NCBI GenBank assembly: GCA_963796965.1
Contig: CAWCNS010000008.1
Location: 160,001-224,000, forward strand
Direction of reading: 5' to 3'
DNA from: Calditrichia bacterium
Lineage (GTDB): Bacteria; Calditrichota; Calditrichia; JAJRVZ01
Length of the DNA: 64,000 bases
Part shown: piece after piece, positions 10,616 to 23,200 of the stretch
Position numbering within the stretch: position 1 is the stretch's first letter
Layout of the letters: each line of letters begins with the position of its first letter
The notes under the pieces: generated by a model
What the model was told of the DNA's origin: nothing
Seen by the model: only the letters and a program-made list of their open reading frames with translations
The model's database searches: none
Program-made: the position numbers and the translations under genes

Positions 10616-12484
10616 TTATAAACGGTAGGGTTTATTGGCCTGAAACAATCTCTGCAATGCTTCGAACTTCTTATAATAATCTTCAGCATTGTTCATTCGC
10701 AATTTAATCAAATTGTCATTAACTATTTTTAAAGCGTTATCAAAGTCCTTTAATTCAGCAAATGTAACTGCCACAGTCATCGCAGACCTTAATTCCTGGT
10801 CTTCTGTAAATTTGCGCATTATTAATAGTCTTTCCGCAAATTCCATAAGCTTTTGCCCATTGCGGAAACGTGGATTTGGACAGGCCGCCAAAACCCAGGC
10901 ATAACGTTCGATATAATCTATATGATTGGGTGTAATGTTTAATGTCGTATTAAAATGTTTTAATGCCCTTTTCCAATCGCGCAAATTAATATAATAATTT
11001 CCTAGTTCCAGATTTATAGAAACATCTGTAGGATGGGCTTGCAGATATTTACGATAAAATTCGATAGATTTTGTTGCATTCTTTTGTGCCCGCCAAAGCC
11101 TGCCTCGAAGCAATAAACCTGCTTCGTTATTAGGATCAATCTTCTCAGCAAGGGATAGTTGTTCCGCTGCTTCGTTATATTTTCTCAGGTAAATGAGAAT
11201 TCGTGCCAGTTCAATTTTAATGTGCGGATTATCTGGTTTAGTGACAATTAAATTTTTGCAATAATCCACGGCTTTTTGAAAATCTTTCAAATTTCGGAGG
11301 ATCGTCACATATTCTAAATGTGCCCCAATGGATTCCGGATTTATAGTTTTGATCTGTTGTATTACATGAAGGGCTAACTTGTACTGCTCTCGGGAAATGA
11401 GAAATCTTGTCATTTCTAATAGTTTGCTTTCATCAAATCTGAACATTTTACTGAAAACTTCGCCATAGGCTTCCACTCCCTCTCTCTGGTGCAAGTCGAC
11501 AGAGAGTTTTAGTAATTTAGTCAGAACCTCTTTGTCTTCAGGTTTATATTCAATAATTCGACTGTTTAAGGTAGCAGCCCAATCGTCGTTTTGGCTCCTA
11601 ATAGCAAGGTCAATTTGTTTAAGTATAAAATCAATTTTACGTGAGTAAAAGATAAGGTCATCGAATATGATGTCCGCTGGAGGAAGATAACTATCAAAAT
11701 CACCAGAGCGAAAGACATAAAAGTTTGCATTATCATGGTCACCTAACTCAAAATATACCTGGCTCAGTAAACGATATGCTGAGCCAAAAGTAGGATAAGA
11801 TTTAATCAAGGCGGTTAATGTATGGCGCGCTTTATCATGGTTTCCCTGCTGCAACTCAGTGCGACCTAATTTGAGAGAAGCGTACGCTTTTAAGGGAAAA
11901 GCGCCTTTGTTAGAAAGTTTGATATTGGAGGTTGAGTGTAAAATGAAAGGCTGCTTCGCAAGTACCTGGTTAAAAGCATGTAATGCTTCTTTATACGCGT
12001 TTTGTTTAAGGTAAGCATTGCCAAGGCGAAACCAGGCCTGAGTAACATCCGGATTTATTTCAAGTACTTCTTTCAAGTTGGTAATAGTACTTTGAACGTC
12101 ACCCAATTCTTCATTAAGGAGGGCCAGGTTATATAACCAACGCCATTCTCTGCGATTTAGATTCAAGGCCCGGCTATAGCAACGTACAGCTTCTTCATAA
12201 AAAAAGTTAGCATGGAAAGTCATGCCCAACCGACCAATCGATGAAGCGGATTCAGGGTTTTCCAACGCGGCTGAATGCATTTTTTTGATATAATTCTCAA
12301 ATACTTTGGATTGCCCTGCAAGATCGGGTATTTGAGGAATATAGAGCGTGTTCTTCCAATTGGAAAACAATGAATAAACAATCCAAATCAATATTATTGT
12401 AGTTAGCGATAATCCTGATACTACGAAAATAACCTTATTATTTTTTTTCTTTTTACTCTGTTTTTTGGGATTTGTTTTTTTCAT
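10616..12484 (-). CDS. Membrane-anchored tetratricopeptide repeat protein
   Basis: Basic N-terminus plus one TM helix; many TPR units (AWFRLGNAYLKQNAYKEALHAF, ELGNYYINLRDWKRALKHF). Confidence 0.88.
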   Translation of the reverse strand: MKKTNPKKQSKKKKNNKVIFVVSGLSLTTIILIWIVYSLFSNWKNTLYIPQIPDLAGQSKVFENYIKKMHSAALENPESASSIGRLGMTFHANFFYEEAVRCYSRALNLNRREWRWLYNLALLNEELGDVQSTITNLKEVLEINPDVTQAWFRLGNAYLKQNAYKEALHAFNQVLAKQPFILHSTSNIKLSNKGAFPLKAYASLKLGRTELQQGNHDKARHTLTALIKSYPTFGSAYRLLSQVYFELGDHDNANFYVFRSGDFDSYLPPADIIFDDLIFYSRKIDFILKQIDLAIRSQNDDWAATLNSRIIEYKPEDKEVLTKLLKLSVDLHQREGVEAYGEVFSKMFRFDESKLLEMTRFLISREQYKLALHVIQQIKTINPESIGAHLEYVTILRNLKDFQKAVDYCKNLIVTKPDNPHIKIELARILIYLRKYNEAAEQLSLAEKIDPNNEAGLLLRGRLWRAQKNATKSIEFYRKYLQAHPTDVSINLELGNYYINLRDWKRALKHFNTTLNITPNHIDYIERYAWVLAACPNPRFRNGQKLMEFAERLLIMRKFTEDQELRSAMTVAVTFAELKDFDNALKIVNDNLIKLRMNNAEDYYKKFEALQRLFQANKPYRL

Positions 12485-12526
12485 TATTCAACAGAAGCTT
12501 TTTGAGTATTGCCTATGAATTTGTTT

Positions 12527-13897
12527 CTACCTTGAAACATTTTTCCAATTATTTGTCCAAAGCATAATCCTGGCAATACGATCAAATGGAGGATAAATGT
12601 GCATACCGCCAGTAACCATGTCAACCTGCCCATCCTGATTAAAATCACCTAATTCGAGAGCCAGGATATGAGTTGGATTATTTGTAATATCATGGCGAGT
12701 AAAATTCATTTGTCCATCATTTTCCAGCCAGATGAAACTTTGAGAGGCAGGATTATCCCACGAGTTAAATGCACTAACAACAAAAAGATCAAGATCACCG
12801 TCATGATCAATATCCAAAGGACGGGCGTTATAGGCACCGCCAAAATTTGAAATCCGATGAAAAACGAATTTATAATTTCCGCTATTTTCCAACCAGTTTA
12901 CACCGTGCCATGGCCTGGGCCGGGGTGGGATATAATCGAAAGCATCACCATTCGTGTATAGAATATCAAGATCACCATCCTGATCAAAATCACTCATGAA
13001 GATACCACTGGAACCGAAATCATCGTTACTAACACCATAGATCAGCTTAGCGTTAAAATCACCCTTTCCGTCATTTAAATACAGATAGGTTTCTTCCCAT
13101 TCCTGACTAATTAGGGTAATAATATCTAAGTCAGAGTCGTTATCAATATCCACCAGTTCACAGTTCACCCCTCCGGACAGAGTCTGCAAAATATGGCTAG
13201 TAAATTGCCAATTCCCCTTGTTTTCTAGCCAGCGAGTTTCCCCGTCATCATAACCAAATTGAACGGCAGCCAGGTCCAGATCTCCATCACCGTCCAGATC
13301 ACCGGCGCGTACATCCGATACACGGGCAATTTTCTCAACAACTAAATGGCGCTGAAATTTAAGTTGTCCATCATTTTCTAAGATAACTATGGAACCAATT
13401 TTGTCATTGTTTGGATATAACATACCCAAGAGCGAAACGATAAGGTCTAAATCTCCATCTTTGTCAAAATCTATAACCTGAATGTGACTGGGTGCCATAA
13501 TATTATCCGAACAGGTCTTCTCCGTATATACACCTTTAGGATATTGATGAATCCAGGATATCTTATTTTCCAGTACATCACAAATAACCATATCCAATAA
13601 ACTATCCTGATCCAAATCAACTGCTTGAATATGAGAGATCTGAGGCTTTTCTTTAGACATATTTCCAATATGTTGCGGAATTAAAAACTCGATTTTTTTA
13701 CCGCGCGCCGCCTCTATAAAATTATCTCCTTCATCTGATGCAATTAAGAATTTCTCAATTATTTGTTTCCAAGATTTGCCCGTTTTAATGGACTGATATT
13801 CCAAAAAACCAAGCGGGATGCCTATCAAAATCATTAGCATAAGGATAATGCCGATAACTATTTTAAATACAGAACTTTTATTATTGCGATCTCTCAA
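12527..13897 (-). CDS. FG-GAP/VCBS repeat beta-propeller protein with N-terminal membrane anchor
   Basis: About seven DxDxDGDxD motifs (DLDQDSLLD, DFDKDGDLD, DLDGDGDLD, DIDNDSDLD, DFDQDGDLD, DIDHDGDLD, DFNQDGQVD). Confidence 0.9.
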   Translation of the reverse strand: MRDRNNKSSVFKIVIGIILMLMILIGIPLGFLEYQSIKTGKSWKQIIEKFLIASDEGDNFIEAARGKKIEFLIPQHIGNMSKEKPQISHIQAVDLDQDSLLDMVICDVLENKISWIHQYPKGVYTEKTCSDNIMAPSHIQVIDFDKDGDLDLIVSLLGMLYPNNDKIGSIVILENDGQLKFQRHLVVEKIARVSDVRAGDLDGDGDLDLAAVQFGYDDGETRWLENKGNWQFTSHILQTLSGGVNCELVDIDNDSDLDIITLISQEWEETYLYLNDGKGDFNAKLIYGVSNDDFGSSGIFMSDFDQDGDLDILYTNGDAFDYIPPRPRPWHGVNWLENSGNYKFVFHRISNFGGAYNARPLDIDHDGDLDLFVVSAFNSWDNPASQSFIWLENDGQMNFTRHDITNNPTHILALELGDFNQDGQVDMVTGGMHIYPPFDRIARIMLWTNNWKNVSR

Positions 13898-13927
13898 TAT
13901 ATTTTCCTTCGCTTTTTTTAATAAATC

Positions 13928-15902
13928 TTAGTTTGCATAAAAGAGGATAAAAACACAAGTAATAATCAGAAGAAAAATAGAGACAGTCAGGAAACCCTTA
14001 AAAGGAGCTTTTACATCCTCAATTTTGTCGATCCAGATGCGCCATAAATTTCGCAAGCTGTATGAAAATCCAACAATTATTGTTATTACCTGTAACAGTG
14101 GAATATATTGCGGTATAAATTGATTCCAGGGTGTGCTGGCTAAACCCAGTAAATTCCAACCCCAGCCAAATGGATCCGACAGTGATTGGCCTACAAATGA
14201 CACGTTTGTAAAAAGCATTTGTGTAACAAAAGCAATCCATATAGCCAATCCCAATGGCAAAAGAGAAGCTGTCTGGGCAACCATCAGATCAAACGATTTT
14301 TGTTTGGCTTGTGACAGTACTTTCGCAATTTTGCTGACCAGCCCAAAAAGTCCGGGAAAGACCACAAGAGCAGACAACCACAAAATTATCGTATAAACAC
14401 CAAATAAATCCCAGTTGCCTTTGTCTAATATATTTACATAATCACGTATTTCCGCCCAGTGCCCAAGGTATAGGATTGTATAGGAAGACCCAAGTACGAA
14501 CATCGCCAAGGCAGTCCAGGCCTGACTCGTGTCCCTGATCCCCACATCTTTCGAAAAACCATCCCAGCGCAAGGCTACATTATCATAAAGACAACTGCGT
14601 ACACATTCTGTGCATAATCCACAATCAAAATTATCTTCAATTTTGCTTACATTAAGACCATATGGACACGCCCATCCGTTGTACACTTCCTTTTTCACAA
14701 AACAGGGGTTTGCAACTAGCACAAACTTCATAATCCGCTTTGCGGATGGATAACTTTCCCATTTTTGCATATAAACTAATAAAGGTGTTAATCGGACAAA
14801 CATACCTGCAAAAGGCCCGTAATTCCCAAATGCCTGCCATTAAAGTTGCACCGATAAATAAAAACAGGACAGCAATCCCGGTAGCGCGTGGTTTGGCAAC
14901 CAAAGTGGTTGACAAAGTACCTGTTACCAGAAAGAGAAATAATCTGGTCCAACCATTACTTAACCAGTCAGGCCACTTGCGGTTGAGCCCAAAAAACCGA
15001 TTTCTGAACCCGTTTGTATTTCCTTCTCTTACGCGGGTAATGGCTCTGCGCTGCAAAAAATCACCAACCATCGGAAGAGGACAGGCTAAACACCAAAGAC
15101 GACCGCCAAACGGCGTAAATATGGTAACAACCAAAAACAGCCAGACCGTCCATACCAGCAGCACACCTAAATTTCGTCCGGACATCTGTGTACCAAATAA
15201 GGTGGTTAATAAAACTACATATAATATGGTGAATGCAAAGATCATGAAAAACGATTGAAACCCGTTCCTCTTGATTATCTTTTTTAACCAGGGAAATTTG
15301 ACCAGTAAATCAGGAGCCGCATGACCTGCAAACTTTTCCTGTCTATTGTTTCCTGAAATCTGTCGGTATATTATCCTTCTTATAAAAATTACATAAATTC
15401 CGAAAAGTATTCCTAATCCAGTAACCAGTAAATAATTGGGATAGATAACTATTTTGCCATGTTCAAAAGCATGCATGGGACCGCACCAGACATGGCAGCG
15501 GTAATTACTCTTAGATATAATGGAGCCTAAAATTCCGGGATGCTTTGCAACAAGAACCACTTCATCTTTGATTTCCGGTGGATAGGAAGGATCACTGGCC
15601 TTAAAAACCAAAACCGTGTTGTTGACCGGTTCTACTTTTACATCTAAATCAAACTCTTCCAGGAAAAAGGAATGCCCGGTATCTTTTGAAGAAAAAGTTA
15701 AATGCAGTGTGTCGCCACGATTGCAATATATGGCTGAAGGATTTTTTCCATATCTGAAATTTTCAATGTGAATAAACCGGTGTTTCGGCGTCTCACTTGT
15801 TAATCTCAAAAATAGGACCGGGATGAGAATGCAAACAATTAATATTAAGACGTTTATATATAGATTTTTTCTAAATATAAATCGTTTATTTTTTTTTAGC
15901 AT
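13928..15902 (-). CDS. Membrane 4Fe-4S protein (NapH/MauN/NosR-like) with N-terminal cupredoxin-like domain (~657 aa), split by a +1 frameshift near 14685
   Basis: SKDTGHSF and CHVWCGPMH (CuA-like); GRLWCLACPLP and RAFCRYVCPI (CX3CP); CASCKPLFCEKG..GWACPYG..CGLCTECVRSC; multiple TM helices. Confidence 0.8.
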
Positions 15903-16069
15903 TCTGATAAAAATATTTAACGTCTTTCTGATAATTCAATATTTTGACAAAAACAATAACAGAATTTGAAAAATAGGTGTAAATATTATATCTGAAGTAC
16001 ATTTAAATTGGACAATTCAAATTGCACTATCGATTTTTTGGGAGATTCAAAAAGATTAGTTATGTAAAA

Positions 16070-18484
16070 CTACAATTCTTCATTTTGTAAAATGGCAACT
16101 TTTTCACCCATAGTGACCTTAATGTGACATTCTTTCTCCGAAGATATCGGTATCACATTTCCTTGTAGTTCTGAACCATCAACCGTGATGTGGTTAACCC
16201 CGGATTCCACATTTTCAGGATTTTCGATATGGATGATATATCGTGTTCCACGAAAGACGCGCTCAACTTTTAGTTCATTCCATTCTGAAGGAATTACAGG
16301 TATAATTTTTAGTCCCTGATAAGTGGCTTGCACACCAATCATATGATCCATAACTACCCGGAACATCCATGCGGCCGTTCCCGTTTGCCACGAATGGCTT
16401 GCTCTTCCAGCGTCACTTTCATGTTCATCACTGGTAATATACTGGGAATAAACATAGGGTTCAGCAACGAATATATCGGGATCGACCGTATTGGGAAGCA
16501 TGTTTTTATAATAATGGAAAGCCCTGTTGCCACGACCCATCATACATTCTGCTTGGATCAACCAGGGAACAGGATGACCAAAGATAGCCCCGTTTTCTTT
16601 CTTCCCTGCAACACACCTGGTGATTAAGCCAATGCTGGGATCAATTTCCTTGTAAGCCGGTGCGCAAATCTTTGGCCCATATTCCGTATCAAGATATTCA
16701 TAAACACTATCTAATGCCGTAATTAATTTTTCACGCTCGGAAATTTGAGCAATTACAGCCCAGGATTGAGCATTTAAAAATATTTTTCCGTATTTATTCT
16801 CTCTGGATCCTATTTTTTTTGATTTTGCTCCAAACGCCCGAATATACCAATCGCCATCCCAGCACCATTCATTGATCGCAGAAACGAGTTGATCACGAAG
16901 AACCTTAGTCTTTTCTTCCAGGTCGTCGCAGCGAATAAACCTGGCGAGCTCGATTAATTTATTTAGCATGGCGACATAAAACATCCCACCCCACACACTC
17001 TCGCCGCCATCTTCTCCGCCGATATAATCTAACGTGTCATTCCAGTCTCCTCTTCCAAACAAAGGGAGTCCATGGCTACCGAGATGGGTTCGAATAAAAT
17101 TCAGAATAGCATCAAATCTATCTATTATTTTAGCGGATTTTCCATCGGCAAAGGGTTCACGCTGCTCCAGAATATCCATATCACCCGTTTCTTTCAGATA
17201 ATCTGTGATGGCAAGAATAAACCAGAGAGGATCATCCGTATGACCCGTAATTTCACCCTGACCATCATTAAAAAAGTGATGATAAACCCGTCCATCAGAA
17301 AACATCTGTCTGGCCAGAATAGAAATTCTTTCATGTGCTTTTTGGGGATTTGATTGGGTTACTGCGATGGTATCCTGGGCGGTATCCCTAAAACCAAAGC
17401 CTCGGCCCAGGCCCCAATAATAAAAACTTGCTACTCTGCCTATATCAAAGGCCACTTTCGCCTGATAGGGTGTCCAGTAATTAATGAAGGTATTGGCATC
17501 TTCATCGGGTGTTTCTATCTGTGAATATCTTAGGAATTCATTCCATTTCCGCCCCAGATCACAAAAAGCTGAATCGACGTTTTCCAGCTTATGATATTTA
17601 AGAGGTAAAATAAGTTTGTCTGTTTCAAATCGTTTCTTTTCTAGCACACCAAGGGTAAATATAATGTTCTGAGATTGATGTGGAGACAATTCCAGATCGA
17701 CCTGCAGAGCACCAATGGCATTTCCGAAATCAGTATCTCTATTTGACAGGGGTCCTGTCTCAATGGAAAGAGGGTTATTCTCATTTCTATATAAACCGAT
17801 AAACCGTTCGCGAAGTGTTTCATATCCGACCACGGGCAAATTTGTAGTAAAAAATGCATATTGATCCCAGGCCTTGTTTTCCTGGTGCTGAGTTCCAGCT
17901 GTATCGGTCACCCAGTATGTTTTTGTTGCAAAAAGTCCATTGGCCTGCTCCTCAAAATGGACCCTATTAAAATGCTGGTCATCACATTGATTAATGATGT
18001 CCACCATGGCATGTCCAAGAGCAAATTCCACGTATCCATAAACCGATAATCTTCGTTTTCTGTCCGACTTATTTTCAAGAACTGTTTTCCAGATTTCCAG
18101 GTTGTCATTAGGAGGGACAAAAAACAATGCTGAGGATTCAATATCACTTACTAGTGCATTAGATTTTGTATAACCGAATCCATGTGCGATTTGATAGGCT
18201 TCTTTATTTTTACCAACCGGTTGCCAGGTAACGCTCCAGACCTCGCCGGTATCTCTGTCTTTAATGTAGATATATTTGCCCGGCCTGTCATAGGGCACAT
18301 CATTTATTCTATACCGTGTGATACGACCATGTAATGGATTAATAAAATAACTAATTCCACCACCATTGTTTGAGATACTCGCAAAATATTTATCATTATA
18401 GAGATAATTTATCCAGGGACTAGGTGTTTCCACATCGTCAATAATATATTCTCTGTTATCAGCAGAAAAATGGCCATATGTCAT
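16070..18484 (-). CDS. GH94 glycoside phosphorylase (cellobiose/N,N'-diacetylchitobiose phosphorylase-like)
   Basis: YGHFSADNREY..PWINYL N-terminus, GRGFGFRDTAQD, HTDDPLW, catalytic GDWND, KENGAIF, SWQTGTAAW. Confidence 0.92.
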   Translation of the reverse strand: MTYGHFSADNREYIIDDVETPSPWINYLYNDKYFASISNNGGGISYFINPLHGRITRYRINDVPYDRPGKYIYIKDRDTGEVWSVTWQPVGKNKEAYQIAHGFGYTKSNALVSDIESSALFFVPPNDNLEIWKTVLENKSDRKRRLSVYGYVEFALGHAMVDIINQCDDQHFNRVHFEEQANGLFATKTYWVTDTAGTQHQENKAWDQYAFFTTNLPVVGYETLRERFIGLYRNENNPLSIETGPLSNRDTDFGNAIGALQVDLELSPHQSQNIIFTLGVLEKKRFETDKLILPLKYHKLENVDSAFCDLGRKWNEFLRYSQIETPDEDANTFINYWTPYQAKVAFDIGRVASFYYWGLGRGFGFRDTAQDTIAVTQSNPQKAHERISILARQMFSDGRVYHHFFNDGQGEITGHTDDPLWFILAITDYLKETGDMDILEQREPFADGKSAKIIDRFDAILNFIRTHLGSHGLPLFGRGDWNDTLDYIGGEDGGESVWGGMFYVAMLNKLIELARFIRCDDLEEKTKVLRDQLVSAINEWCWDGDWYIRAFGAKSKKIGSRENKYGKIFLNAQSWAVIAQISEREKLITALDSVYEYLDTEYGPKICAPAYKEIDPSIGLITRCVAGKKENGAIFGHPVPWLIQAECMMGRGNRAFHYYKNMLPNTVDPDIFVAEPYVYSQYITSDEHESDAGRASHSWQTGTAAWMFRVVMDHMIGVQATYQGLKIIPVIPSEWNELKVERVFRGTRYIIHIENPENVESGVNHITVDGSELQGNVIPISSEKECHIKVTMGEKVAILQNEEL

Positions 18485-18842
18485 CTACGTAATTCTCCCT
18501 AATTAGCTTTGCCAGATTTCAATATGAATACATTAAGCAATTATGTTTTTTTCTTGTTCACCACTCAGATAGATGAGAATAAACCAAGCCAAAATAAAGT
18601 AATTAATTTGTCTAATAAATATAATGTTTAATTAGTTTTTTTTCAATAAATATATTCTAAAAAAGGAGAATATAGCTAGGCCTGATACCACACTCTTTTT
18701 GGTAGTTTTTTCCAAAATAAATTGGCAGAATATTCTTTAAGATAAAATTGATGTGATTGGATTGTCACAGAAGAGGCCGCTATTATCCGATCTGTGGAGC
18801 GCTTGAATAAAAATTTCTATGACTAAATTGCGTCGACCGTCA

Positions 18843-20031
18843 CTAAAACCCGATAGCTTCGTTTTCTTTAATAACCGGTACCTTAAAAAATTCATTCAGA
18901 ACCAGAGAGGCAGCACCGATAGCCGTTGCATAGCGCCCTTGTGTACTTGATACAACTCTTAAAGATTCGGAGGTAATATTCAGGGTTTCCATTTCGATGA
19001 CCCTCATTACGGGCTCCGATATTTTAGTATTTACCTCGGCAATGTCACCCGCCAAAATCACCATTTCAGGATTAATTAATGCAACAGAATGGACAATTGA
19101 ATTACCGATCAAATGTCCGAGTATTGAAAAATAAAGCAGGGCAATCTCGTCGCCCTGATTAGCTGCATCAAGCATTAAATAAATATCAATATCATTTATA
19201 GATTGGGCATATTTTTTTAATATTTTCCCTTCATTCATTCGGTTACTTAATGCGCCAAGACTATCATGCAAAGTTGGTAAGTGAATATTTAATTCTCCTG
19301 AACAGTAATTGGCACCATGATATAATTCTTCATTAAAAACCAACCCGATGCCCAGCCCACCAACATTTTTATTAACCTCAATCAGAACAGTCATAAAATT
19401 CTTTACACCGCCTGCATCACCTGACCATTTTTCACCTATAGCTGTTGCGTTTGCATTATTCTCAATAATTACCGGAAATGAAAATACCTCCTCAAGCCTC
19501 TCCAGCAAGGGAATATTCAAATCACCTAAAACATCTGTTTTAACAATTATTCCATCGTCCCGGTTTACGACACCTGCAACAGCAAGACCCAGGCCCATAA
19601 TCTTATCAATTTTTGCATAGTCTATGATATCATTGGCAGAGTTTTTAATTTGCTCAACCAGCTCGTCAAGATTTGATGCCACTGGAACCTGGTAAATTTT
19701 TTTTGTAACAAGGCTACCACCCAGATCCAAAACCACAGCTGTTATCTCTCCAATTTCCAGATCAATTCCAATCACATACTCAGCGTTACTCTTAATGGTC
19801 CAGATAAACGGACGCTTGCCTCCGCGGTTTGTCGACTCACCCTTCCCTAAGTTTTTTATCAAGGCCTTTTGCTGTAAATCTTTTAGAATACCTAGATATT
19901 GTAGAGGGTCGCATACCTGTAATTTGAGAGAGCATTGATCCTGAGATCTTTCCATGCTCACGAATTAAATTTAACACGACCCGATCGTTAATTTTTTTTA
20001 CTAATCTGATGTCACCGGTTTTCATTTTCAC
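18843..20031 (-). CDS. ROK-family (NagC/XylR-like) transcriptional repressor, split by a +1 frameshift near 19893
   Basis: HTH 'NDRVVLNLIREHGKISGSMLSQITGMRPSTIS' continuing into 'GILKDLQQK..STNRGGKRP'; ROK motifs GIDL, ENNANA, GLGIG, SGELN. Confidence 0.88.
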
Positions 20032-20296
20032 CTTTTGGGTTTTATTCTAATATCCATTCTATCGATTTCCATTATCTCATCAAAGAGAGAATTCAAAAAT
20101 ATATTAAAATTCCTAAAGAAACTCTTGATGCCCTAACTTATATTTAATCAACATGATAGACAATGAAAAGACCATTGATTTTAATTTATTTCTTTTCCGA
20201 AAAATCATTCTATTATATTACATTACAATTTACAATTCAAGTTATTTTTTCAATTTTGATACATGTCACCAGGAATAAGGTCGGAAAGATATTTAC

Positions 20297-23200
20297 CTAT
20301 CTTTTCTTTATTTTATAGGTCCTGATCTCAAATGGCTTCAAATGTATCTCAATCATACCCTCTCCACTTATGATGTCGCCATCAACCCATTCAATTAAAT
20401 TTGTCATTACAAGATAATCATCATTCGAGTTAAACGAGATTTTTCCTTTGGAAGATTTACCCATGGTTTCCACAACCCTGAGTACCAAACAATCTTCTTT
20501 CTCCGCCTTTTTTAAAACCTCTAATGAAATCCCATCTCCTTCCAGTTTTAACGGAACAGCATTTCCGGAGGCCCTGAATCCCTTAAACATTAAGACCGGT
20601 TGATTGAGCTGCGCCGCTTCGGAAATCACATCTGAATTAATAAGGTCACCAACATGGGGTAAAAGGCTGTAAATAAATTCATGGTCGCCCAGATCCGCAT
20701 CGGGATCAGGATTCCGGGTGGAACGTAACAGGTTGAGATCCAGTACATTATTATGAACTTTATATCCATATTTACAATCATTTAGCAGAGCAACACCATA
20801 TTCTTTATCAGACAGATCAGCATAGCGATGCGCTGCAACCTCAAATTTGGCAATATCCCAGCTTGTATTTCGATGTGTATTCCTTTTTATATGGCCATAC
20901 TGTATGTCAAAGCTCGCCTCAGATGCCTGAACATCAACCGGAAAAGATACACGCAACATGCGATGTTGTTCAAACCATTGTATTTTTGTGTGAAAGTCAA
21001 GTCTTTTACTACCTAAGGAAAGATAAATCTCCTGTGAGATCTTTGAATTACCTATCTCAAATTTGAGCCTCAGACCTTGTCTTACGTCCCCAAATGAATG
21101 TTTTTCAATTTTTATACATCTGGCCTGCTCCAGCAATTCCCTTTCATAAAACAGATCAACATCCCAGGCGTCCCACTGATTAGGTCGGTCATTGTAAAGG
21201 GAAAGTATATTTCCCTTTTTATCCGTTTCTAATACATGCCGATTTTGCTGTTTATCAAAAATATCAACGAGGACACCTTCCTCATTGAAATCATAGCGAA
21301 TGAGATCATTCTCCAAAATCAGATCTTGGTTTTCACTATTTTTCTCTGGTAGAGTCTCAGATTTTAAGAGGGTTATAAAACTTATTGGTGGCACGGTGAC
21401 AAAGGCCAGAGAATGATCCCCTTCTTTCTGTACCAATACTTCTTTATTGCTGATTGATTCTGTTGCTCCCGTCCAGTCCTTGGGTAATTTAATGGCCCCT
21501 TTATAACTGTGGGAGAGGCTATTAAATAGAACCAGTGAATTTTTATCTTTTACGAAGAGTAAACGTGCCGCCGCATCCTTAAGTTTTTGGGAATTATCAA
21601 ATGCTTCGTGATATTCCTCATGCGTAACTTTATAGACAGCATTGATACTGGAACCTGGAATGATATCATGAAATTGATTAATTAATACTTTTTTCCAAAT
21701 TTTTTCCAATTTCTCCACAGGATAACTATCTAGGGGCAGACAAGACCAGAGGATCTCAAGTTCCCGCAATTCTAATTCTAATTTTCTGTTTGCTCTTTTA
21801 ACAAAAGCCTGCGAGGTTAATGTGCCACGATGGAGTTCCAGATACAGCTCACCCACCCAGGTTGCAACCTGGTCTTTGTACTGAGCCAGATTTTCAAAAA
21901 ACGTGTCCGCCCTTCCAAATCTCACCTTCGGCGCGCCCTCAAGACTCTCCAAACGCATGCCATACTCAATATTTTCTTCTTTTGGGCCCCCTCCCCCATC
22001 ACCCACGCCAAACAGGCATATAAATTCATCTATAAATGATTTTTCTTTGAAATTATCCCGTCCCGGAATAATAAATTTTGTATTCAGTTGACTTCCGTAT
22101 GTATTCTCGGGGGGGAAATGAGTGAGTATTTCCGTACCATCGATACCCCGCCAATTAAAGGTATGGTGGGGAAAGTCATTGATTTGACTCCAGGATAATT
22201 TTTGAGTGAGAAAATAATCAACACCCGATTTTACCATAATTTGAGGCATCGATGCCGAATACCCAAATACATCTGGCAGCCATAAATTCTTCACCTCTAC
22301 ACCAAATTCATCCATAAAGAAATTTTTACCATATAAAAACTGACGGATCATCGATTCGCCACTGATCAGGTTACAATCTGCTTCAACCCACATACCACCT
22401 TGTAATTCCCAACGACCTTCTTTTACATATTGTTTAATTTTCTCATAAAGCATTGGAGCATGATCTTTTACAAACTGGTAATGTTGTGGCTGTGAAGCAC
22501 CGAAAACATACTGAGGATATTTCTCCAACAGTTTTATCTGACTGGAAAATGTTCGAATACACTTGCGGATTGTTTCTCTCACCGGCCAAAGCCATCCCGT
22601 ATCGATATGGGCATGCCCGACAGCCATCGCTCTCAGATCTGAGGCTGTCGCCGGTTGCGTTAAGGCTTCTTCCAATACGTGACGGCTCTTTATGGCATTC
22701 TCCTGACGATCAGCGAAAACATCGATAGAGGCCGTCAAACACTTTATTATTCTGGCTTTACGAACAGATGCACCTTCTAACGTACTGACAAGCCCAAGTA
22801 GTATTTCCATATCGAGCAATAAATGCCACAATTCCAGATCAAAAGTGCTAAGACGCATGGCAATAACTTTACCTTCATACTTCCCAAATCGATCGGGATC
22901 AATAGCAGGAGGATCTGCATCAAGAAACACACCAAACATACTGTTACCCGCTGCCTCCACCCAAAGCTCAACTTCTTCCCCACCTTTTGCACTATCAAAT
23001 AAATGCACATATTCACGGCGAAAATCTTTACTAAAGATGGATTTATGTGTAATACCCTGCAATGGCATACCATCTGGCAAAACCACCAGACCTTCTCCCT
23101 CAAAATCTAAATGCGCAACAACTTTTTTTCCCTTCCATTCTTTTGGCACTGCAGACCTCAAGTGAAACCAGGCGCTCTCCCAGGTACCACCCCAAACTTC

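Noticed and set aside
20180..20210. NagC/ROK operator upstream of the ROK gene (TTATTT-N10-AAATCA)
   Set aside because: Only a partial match in very AT-rich DNA, and I could not find a convincing second copy upstream of the other glycan genes.
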